Of a DNA stretch of 64,000 bases, positions 57,762 to 64,000 are shown piece after piece. The DNA is from a virus, in IMG/VR virus record IMGVR_UViG_3300047476_000704, positions 64,001-128,000 of that record; one strand, written 5' to 3'. The notes beneath the pieces were generated by a model. It was given only the letters and a program-made list of their open reading frames with translations, did no database searches and was not told the origin of the DNA. Numbering within the stretch: the first letter of the stretch is position 1; every line of letters starts with the position of its first letter. The translations under genes were made by a program, and so were the position numbers.

Positions 57762-58895
57762 TTATTTAATTAGTCCTGCCAATTTTTTGAATCTATCAGA
57801 GTAAGCAGAATTTTCGCTGATGATTTGTTTTTTAACACCTGTACTTTTTTGTGGTTTAGAAGCTCCTTCTGTGATTCTTTTTACAGATTCTACTTTCTTA
57901 ACACTTCCACCCATTTTCATAGATTCGGCGATTGTTGAGTAAACCAATTTAACTTCACGAATTGTTCCAGTTCTATCGAATGAATCAATAACTTTAGATT
58001 TTTGTTCGTTAGTTAAGTTGTATCCTCTAAATAATTTGTTAGAATATAAAAGTTTAGCGTTCAACAAGTTAATCTCATTGATTGTAGACTTCAAAGTTTT
58101 GATTACAGAAATTGCTTGTGCTAATTCATTTTTCAATGATTTTGCTTCTGCCACTGCTGCTTTCTCTTCTTCTTCTGCTGCTTCTTCATCTTCTAATTCT
58201 TTGATGATTGCTTCGATGTTTAATTCTTCTTCGCCATCTTCTTCTTCTTCCATTGAATCTTCTTCTTCATCTTCTTCGGAGATTGATGAATCTGAATCGT
58301 CAGCGTTCATGTAAGTATCAACATCATCTGCATCCTCTTCCATTTCTTCTTCCTCTTCTTCTTCCATTTTCTCTGCGCCCAATTCGTCTTCTAATTCACG
58401 AATGATAGCTTCTAAATCTAAATCATCGTCAGATGGTGCATCCATTTCGTCTTCACCTTCTTCCATTTCATCTTCGCCATATTCACCTTCTTCCATTTCC
58501 ATTTCGTCTTCACCTTCTTCCATTTCCTCTTCCTCTTCTTCTGTGATTGATTTAGCGAAATCATAATCTTCAACCTCATCCTCTGGCTTACCAGAAGTTT
58601 TAGTTACGTCTGCTGCACCCAACTCATCTTCATCAGCTGCTGAATCTAATGTTGGTTGTGCACCACCCCCAATGTTAGAAGAACCTAATTCTTCTTCCAT
58701 TTTCTCTTCTTCTTCTTCCTCATGCATTTCATCAGCTTCCATATCTTCAGCTTCTGCACGCAATTTTTGAGAAAGAATGTTCTTCAAACGAGGAGTAAAT
58801 GCTTCCTCTAATTGAAGTTTTGCGTTTGCTAATGCAGTTTCTCTAACAGCTTTAGCATCGGCGATTGCTTCTTTTAACAATTTTGAACTTGCCAT
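57762..58895 (-). CDS. Prohead core scaffolding protein (gp22-like)
   Basis: Highly acidic repeats plus C-terminal coiled coil (EINLLNAKLLYSNKLF...EVKLVY); directly upstream of MCP. Confidence 0.88.
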   Translation of the reverse strand: MASSKLLKEAIADAKAVRETALANAKLQLEEAFTPRLKNILSQKLRAEAEDMEADEMHEEEEEEKMEEELGSSNIGGGAQPTLDSAADEDELGAADVTKTSGKPEDEVEDYDFAKSITEEEEEEMEEGEDEMEMEEGEYGEDEMEEGEDEMDAPSDDDLDLEAIIRELEDELGAEKMEEEEEEEMEEDADDVDTYMNADDSDSSISEEDEEEDSMEEEEDGEEELNIEAIIKELEDEEAAEEEEKAAVAEAKSLKNELAQAISVIKTLKSTINEINLLNAKLLYSNKLFRGYNLTNEQKSKVIDSFDRTGTIREVKLVYSTIAESMKMGGSVKKVESVKRITEGASKPQKSTGVKKQIISENSAYSDRFKKLAGLIK

Positions 58896-59062
58896 TCTTT
58901 ATACTTGATTTTTCTAAACCTATTGATTTCAGGTTTAATAGAATTTTGTTAGATTTTCGGTGAGTTTATATACGGATAAACTATTCATCAACTAACAGGA
59001 TATTAACCAAATGATATTGGTATTACATAATATACATATATACTTTTTGAAAAAAAAGTAAA
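58896..59062 (-). other. Structured non-coding leader of the scaffold-capsid operon
   Basis: Nested and serial inverted repeats (see findings); variant late motif ATATGTATA at 59031-59039. Confidence 0.5.
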
Positions 59063-59305
59063 TTATTTGTATAAACTACGGAATTTTTTTGGAATTTCTT
59101 TTAATTTTTTACCTCTGTAAAGGTCTTTTTGCTGAATTAGTTGTTTTCTTTCAGCTTTTTCCATCATTTCTCTTTTAGTAACCGATGGTTTTGTAAATTG
59201 TTGTCTATCTCTTAATTCTTTAACAACACCAATTGCATCAAACTTTTTCTTTAATTTTTTTAATGCTCCAGCAATATTGCCGTCTTTTACTTCAATGTTA
59301 ATCAT
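59063..59305 (-). CDS. rpsU: Phage-encoded ribosomal protein bS21
   Basis: I.VKDG.I..ALKKLKKKF...GVVKELRDRQQFTKPSVTKR. Confidence 0.92.
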   Translation of the reverse strand: MINIEVKDGNIAGALKKLKKKFDAIGVVKELRDRQQFTKPSVTKREMMEKAERKQLIQQKDLYRGKKLKEIPKKFRSLYK

Positions 59306-59310
59306 AACTT

Positions 59311-59847
59311 TTACTTTTGTTCTACTTTTGTATATCTTTGATTTGTATCGTTTTGGATTCTTTTCTTTGTTGATTTTACTTTATCATAAGATGGAGCACC
59401 ATTGATATATCCACCAGGTAATGATAAACCTACACCAGCTCCACCTGGAAATCCATCTTCCGAAACTACACCCTCCAATCTACCAGTCTTTTTTATTTGG
59501 TCTAATTTAGATAGTGTATCGTTTTTAATTTTAGTATATCTACGAACTTCATTATCGTTTGTAGCTTTTTTTATTTGATTAGTAACCCATTGTAATTGCT
59601 TCATCAATTCTTTCTTCATAGATTCCGCACTTTCTTTAACTACGGATTCAGAGCAACCTATTGCATTATAGAATTTACTATAATCAAATTTGATTCCTTC
59701 ATCTTTGAATTGTCTTACCATATTATCGGCAATAGATTTACGATTTTCTACATCTAATACTTGATTTAGAATATCAATAATTCCGTCTACCATTTCGTAT
59801 TCGTTATTATCTAACTTTTCGTTTAATATAGTTTTTAACTTTATCAT
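59311..59847 (-). CDS. Putative internal head protein (MIKL leader)
   Basis: Starts MIKLKTILNE; internal VVKES and VVSED motifs. Confidence 0.65.
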   Translation of the reverse strand: MIKLKTILNEKLDNNEYEMVDGIIDILNQVLDVENRKSIADNMVRQFKDEGIKFDYSKFYNAIGCSESVVKESAESMKKELMKQLQWVTNQIKKATNDNEVRRYTKIKNDTLSKLDQIKKTGRLEGVVSEDGFPGGAGVGLSLPGGYINGAPSYDKVKSTKKRIQNDTNQRYTKVEQK

Positions 59848-60245
59848 TATCCTATTTTATTTAAATCCTTTAATATAGAATTTACTTCACTATTACTAAA
59901 ATTATGTTCCGATGCTATTTGTGACCTAGTTATATTTTTCCATATGGGATTTCCGTTTACATTTATATCAGATAGTATATCGTTTTTACTTCTACATCCG
60001 TTATAATCGCAATATTTACCATTATACAAAATACAAACGTGAACCATTGCTTTTGTTTCAGGTTCAATTACAGCTACATATTTACCTTTATTTCCTAAAT
60101 ATTTATTTAATGCATCGGCAAATGTATAACACCCACCACTCATATACCAATCTGTCCAATTGGTATCCTTTCTATATTGCTCTAAAACATCATCTAAATC
60201 TGATATAGATTTTACACCCTCTACCAAATCCTTTAACTTTATCAT
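59847..60245 (-). CDS. Putative internal head protein, papain/transglutaminase-like triad
   Basis: Starts MIKLKDLVE; GGC...VHV...CDYNG. Confidence 0.6.
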   Translation of the reverse strand: MIKLKDLVEGVKSISDLDDVLEQYRKDTNWTDWYMSGGCYTFADALNKYLGNKGKYVAVIEPETKAMVHVCILYNGKYCDYNGCRSKNDILSDINVNGNPIWKNITRSQIASEHNFSNSEVNSILKDLNKIG

Positions 60246-60667
60246 TATAGTTTCTTTAATAAACTATCCATATCAATTTCAAATGCGTAACCTGCTCCAC
60301 TATGTCTCTTATCTACAATGACTTTCAATCCTAATTTCTTTTCCAAATGTTGTTTTAATAATTCTAAAAAATCAGCATCTCCACCTTTACCCATTCCCTT
60401 TTTAGATAATGTATATTGAGTAGCGTTTCCACCTAACTTTTGTTTTATTAAATCAATACCATCTACATCTTTCATTGAGCTAGGAACTAAAATAATTTTA
60501 CCATCTTTTGATGTTGGTGTAAATTTTACATTTCCAGACCAATGTGGGAACTCAAAGCCGGTACTTTCTTTTATTTGCGATTTGAATGCAGTATGATATG
60601 GATTAGAATAAACAACTCCTTGTTCAAACTTACCATGTCCTTTGACTAAATCCGTTAATTTTATCAT
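60245..60667 (-). CDS. Putative internal head protein (MIKL leader)
   Basis: Starts MIKLTDLVKG; QIKES downstream. Confidence 0.6.
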   Translation of the reverse strand: MIKLTDLVKGHGKFEQGVVYSNPYHTAFKSQIKESTGFEFPHWSGNVKFTPTSKDGKIILVPSSMKDVDGIDLIKQKLGGNATQYTLSKKGMGKGGDADFLELLKQHLEKKLGLKVIVDKRHSGAGYAFEIDMDSLLKKL

Positions 60668-61176
60668 TAGTTAATATAGCAGTTAAGTTCGTATCCGTTT
60701 TTCATTCCATATACCTGAATGTGTAATTGTTTGTTTGATGGTTTTCCACCTTTGGTTAATTCAACTGAAACTTTAACAGTCTTTCCTTCCGATGGTTTAC
60801 GAGGTCCCATTCCTATCTTTCTAAATGAGTCATCATCATCTACCATATACCCTTTCTTCAAAGCGTATTCTTTTGCAGTTTGTATTGCTTCCGTATATGA
60901 TTTGTGATATACCTTCAAATCGTTTGCTTCGTTTACCGATTCACCTCTCAATTTTCCTAAATGATTGATAGCTTGCTTTTCGTTCTTCTTAAAGTAATCT
61001 TCAACTTCTTTTTTTGTATCAAATGATAATTGACCTTTACCCTTTGTAACATCATCTACCCAAAATGAATCAGAATCTCTATCAAATTCGTAGTATCCTA
61101 CAAGTTTGCCGTTTGATAATACCTTACCATCTTTAGCAACTACACTTTCGTTTAATAAATCGCTTAACTTTATCAT
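60667..61176 (-). CDS. Putative internal head protein (MIKL leader)
   Basis: Start moved to MIKLSDLLNES (ATG at 61176); two domains joined by ESVNE. Confidence 0.62.
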   Translation of the reverse strand: MIKLSDLLNESVVAKDGKVLSNGKLVGYYEFDRDSDSFWVDDVTKGKGQLSFDTKKEVEDYFKKNEKQAINHLGKLRGESVNEANDLKVYHKSYTEAIQTAKEYALKKGYMVDDDDSFRKIGMGPRKPSEGKTVKVSVELTKGGKPSNKQLHIQVYGMKNGYELNCYIN

Positions 61177-61180
61177 CTTA

Positions 61181-61906
61181 TTATTTACTAATCTTAAAAA
61201 ATTTATTAAACTCATCTCGCATTACATCCGCCTGGTCTTGCTTTGTATGGTTTTGTTTTATAATAAGCTCCAAACCTTTTTTCATTTCAGGTACATTATT
61301 ACTATATTTTTGCTTTAACATTCTAAAAATGTTTTTAGCTTGAATACGAGTGTTTGCCCACTCATCATATTCGTTTATGTTTTCATCCGTTTCTTTACCT
61401 GCTCTTAAATCTGCTAAATCATCTGCTCCAATATCACCATCTTTATCAACATCCAATTTGTGTTGATTACCAACTAAATCTTCACTACGAATACCCAATC
61501 TTTGGTTTACTTCTTCTTCACTCAATTCACTAACACCATAGTATCTACCTATAATATGTCCCATATCTTCGTATAGGTTTTCCATTTGTGAATGTAATGA
61601 TTTTGCTTCGTTTGCAATCTTTTCAAATTGAGCAGATAATTTACCCAATTCATTCATATTGCGTTTTACAGTTGCTTCGTCAAAGTGATTACCAGCTTCT
61701 TTATTAGCAAACTCACTAGCTGCATCTGTAATTGCACCCAATGTTTCAGCAATTTGTGCTAAATCATTTTCATTCTTTAACTTTGGTCCAAATGAACCAT
61801 AAGTAGAAATGATTTCTAAAAAGTGTCTTCTTGCTTCGTTGCTTAAAGTTTGTTTAGGTGCCTTTTTATCTTCACCTTCTCCTAATAATTTCTTTAACTT
61901 TATCAT
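61181..61906 (-). CDS. Putative internal head protein (MIKL leader) with EF-hand-like loop
   Basis: Start moved to MIKLKKLLGE (ATG at 61906); DVDKDGDIGADD. Confidence 0.62.
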   Translation of the reverse strand: MIKLKKLLGEGEDKKAPKQTLSNEARRHFLEIISTYGSFGPKLKNENDLAQIAETLGAITDAASEFANKEAGNHFDEATVKRNMNELGKLSAQFEKIANEAKSLHSQMENLYEDMGHIIGRYYGVSELSEEEVNQRLGIRSEDLVGNQHKLDVDKDGDIGADDLADLRAGKETDENINEYDEWANTRIQAKNIFRMLKQKYSNNVPEMKKGLELIIKQNHTKQDQADVMRDEFNKFFKISK

Positions 61907-61907
61907 C

Positions 61908-62132
61908 TTATTTTGCTTCAAATTGTTCTATAAGTTTGATTGCCATATCAATATGCTTTATTGCTTCTTTACTATAAGGTGCAATGTTGTGCTTAACCTC
62001 TTTCAATCTATCTAATGATTTTTCACGAGTCATTGCGTGCATTGCTGCTTCTAACAATTCTCTTCTTTGCTGTTCATCCGATTTGGCTTTAATCTTATTA
62101 GAAGCCATATATTTTGTTATATCAAATGCCAT
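61908..62132 (-). CDS. Small hypothetical protein
   Basis: MAFDITKYM..NKI; follows the protease. Confidence 0.6.
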   Translation of the reverse strand: MAFDITKYMASNKIKAKSDEQQRRELLEAAMHAMTREKSLDRLKEVKHNIAPYSKEAIKHIDMAIKLIEQFEAK

Positions 62133-62139
62133 ATTTTTA

Positions 62140-62724
62140 TTAGTTTAATTCTTCTATTATTTGCATCATTAAATCTTGTGCTTTACACCACTTACCACAC
62201 TCTTCAATTTCTCTTTTAACACTTTCATTCATAGCAGTTGGAGACATAAATGCTCCATGTGTAGATGGGTTAGATACAAAATCCCAACCAATTAGTTCAA
62301 AATCTTCTTGTACCATTACAGTATTCTCTCTCATAGGTTTAACTGAACCCATGCCTCTACTGCTAATACCCAAACGGATATTGTGTTTGAATAATTCTTT
62401 TAAGATGTTACCAGATGGAGTTGAAAGAACTTCTACTGTCCCACATAAGTCTTTACCATCCCACCAAATTTCTTTGATGTTGTGTGATACATTCTTTAAG
62501 TTAATAACAGTTGAATCTGGATGGTCTAACTCACCCAATGCTCTACGCTCTTGTATTAGTGTTTCGTATTTCTTTGCTTCCCTTTGTAATATATTATAAG
62601 GATAGATACGATGATTTTGGTTAGGAGCGTCCGCGCGTTGCAATACACCTTTAACCAAAAATTTGCCATTTGCATCTTCCTGTATAGTTCCTTCAAAAAG
62701 GTTATGTTCTATTAATAATCCCAT
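62140..62724 (-). CDS. Prohead core protein protease (T4 gp21-like)
   Basis: NQNHRIYP, ALGELDHP, VSHNI, LGISSRGMGS, WDFVSNPSTHGA. Confidence 0.95.
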   Translation of the reverse strand: MGLLIEHNLFEGTIQEDANGKFLVKGVLQRADAPNQNHRIYPYNILQREAKKYETLIQERRALGELDHPDSTVINLKNVSHNIKEIWWDGKDLCGTVEVLSTPSGNILKELFKHNIRLGISSRGMGSVKPMRENTVMVQEDFELIGWDFVSNPSTHGAFMSPTAMNESVKREIEECGKWCKAQDLMMQIIEELN

Positions 62725-62727
62725 ATC

Positions 62728-63603
62728 TTATGCTAATAAATGATAATACTCTCTAAAATGTTTCTGTCTGTCAGCCAAACCAATTGTACCGCCATTTACT
62801 CTTTTTGTAATCTTTGTTACTACTGCATCAGAACTACCTTCATCTGCTATTTTGTTCAATCCGTTTTTAGAGAAGAACCAAGCTGCTGATAATAATGCGT
62901 ATGCTCCAGCTACTTTATCTGGATTTGCTACCATATCTTCACCGATAGATTTACCAAATGCAGTATAGTTTTCTTTACCTGTCAATTGGATATATCCTCT
63001 ACCTCTGAATTTGTATCCCTCACGAGATGCTTCGTTTCCGTTACCCATTCTACTTGCATATACTCTACTTGCAATAAGTTCTGGCTTTCTTTCGTATTGT
63101 TGTGCTAATGCTACTGTTGGAAAGTATTTCTTAAATATACCCAACAAACCTTTTGCTGAATAGTTTAGATTTTCTTGTGTTGCTCTAAATCCACCACTTT
63201 CGTGTCCACATTGTGCTAAAAAGTGTGCTAATCTTAAAGGTGTGTTGATGTTAAACTTTGCAGCCGTATCAGGAATCATTGCTATTACATTAGCAGGAAT
63301 GTGTCCTTTTAATTTATCTAACTTTAAGCCAGGATACGATGCTAATGCCGGAGTAGGTGCTACAACAGGTGCAGGAGTTGGTGCAGGTGTTGGTTGTGCT
63401 ACTGGTTTAGGAACTACGGTAATACCCATAATCTTATTCCAAGTATTAGGTCCAACTATACCATCAGCTGCTAAACCATTTTTGGCTTGCCATGCTTTTA
63501 CTGCATCTTCTGTTTTTGGTCCAAAATTACCAACTGGGTCTAATCCCAATTTAACCTGTAATTTCTTTACATCTTCGTTATTATCACCCCTTTTTAACAA
63601 CAT
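62728..63603 (-). CDS. Endolysin: peptidoglycan-binding domain + GH19 glycoside hydrolase
   Basis: LKRGD...DGIVGPNTW; RLAHFLAQCGHESGGF, RGRGYIQLTGKENY, KRVNGGTIGLADR. Confidence 0.92.
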   Translation of the reverse strand: MLLKRGDNNEDVKKLQVKLGLDPVGNFGPKTEDAVKAWQAKNGLAADGIVGPNTWNKIMGITVVPKPVAQPTPAPTPAPVVAPTPALASYPGLKLDKLKGHIPANVIAMIPDTAAKFNINTPLRLAHFLAQCGHESGGFRATQENLNYSAKGLLGIFKKYFPTVALAQQYERKPELIASRVYASRMGNGNEASREGYKFRGRGYIQLTGKENYTAFGKSIGEDMVANPDKVAGAYALLSAAWFFSKNGLNKIADEGSSDAVVTKITKRVNGGTIGLADRQKHFREYYHLLA

Positions 63604-63605
63604 AA

Positions 63606-64000
63606 TTATTTTCCCTCACTTTTAGCTTTCCAAGCTGCATCTACTTTATTAAAAAATGCTTTCTTTTCATCATCACTCATAGATGGAATAGATTTACCAG
63701 CTTTATCCAATACTTTTTGGAAAAACTTTTGGTATTCTGCTTCCTCTTGCATTACTTCTCTTACGATTGATTTTAATGCTTCTCTCTTTAATGATTTTTG
63801 CTTACCCATAGTTTGTGGTAACCCATTTGCTACATTTTCAATATCTTCGCTGATTTTATATTTCATTCCCAAATGCCCTTTACCCATATCTTTTACATTA
63901 AACTTTTGGTGAAATGTAGATTGTTGTGCTGCTTTTGGTGTAATATCTAAAATCCAATCATTACCATCTTTTGATAAATAGTATGCATTTTTATCACCAG
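63606..64000 (-). CDS. Hypothetical protein (5' end off window)
   Basis: The frame of the 63606..63887 ORF stays open to the window edge (GDKNAYYLSKDGNDW...); contains LKSIVREVMQEE. Confidence 0.7.
   Translation of the reverse strand, partial: GDKNAYYLSKDGNDWILDITPKAAQQSTFHQKFNVKDMGKGHLGMKYKISEDIENVANGLPQTMGKQKSLKREALKSIVREVMQEEAEYQKFFQKVLDKAGKSIPSMSDDEKKAFFNKVDAAWKAKSEGK

Noticed and set aside
1-64000. Alternative genetic code / stop-codon readthrough
   Set aside because: The standard code gives full-length conserved proteins and near-complete coding density, and TAG and TGA both occur as normal stops.
1-64000. tRNA or rRNA genes
   Set aside because: No cloverleaf-compatible intergenic space seen; a GGTTCAATCCC-like string near 12762 lies inside the tape measure CDS. 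A tRNAscan-SE run would confirm.

Overview
This is a 64-kb segment of a large, AT-rich, T4-like contractile-tailed phage genome. Every credible gene is on the minus strand and the standard genetic code reads through cleanly. The host is very probably Bacteroidota: eight promoters match the TTTG/CTTG-N20-TAnnTTT(G/A) consensus and the encoded bS21 is Bacteroidota-like. In transcription order (high to low coordinates) the window holds: a GH19 endolysin, gp21 prohead protease, five genes sharing an N-terminal MIKL.x.LLxE-type leader, ribosomal protein bS21, scaffold, gp23-like major capsid protein, a free-standing GIY-YIG endonuclease, a terminator-bounded early cassette of small genes, neck and tail-terminator genes, and about 28 kb of collagen/C1q/fibrinogen/lectin/S74 fibre genes interleaved with APS kinase, a sulfotransferase, two 2OG-Fe(II) oxygenases and four glycosyltransferases (one TibC/AAH-like). 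These are followed by tail sheath, tube, a chaperone with a probable programmed frameshift, tape measure, baseplate genes, a minimal PolA, Nmad1, a flavin-dependent halogenase, gp32-like SSB and RecA/UvsX. The three strongest leads are: (1) a bS21 that appears to lack the anti-SD-clamping Tyr, together with SD sites on the most abundant virion genes; (2) a capsid-targeting leader family that could load cargo proteins, including a Cys-His-Asp enzyme; (3) a phage-encoded glycosylation/sulfation pathway for Ser/Thr-rich collagen fibres. All family assignments come from motif recognition by eye; no searches were run.
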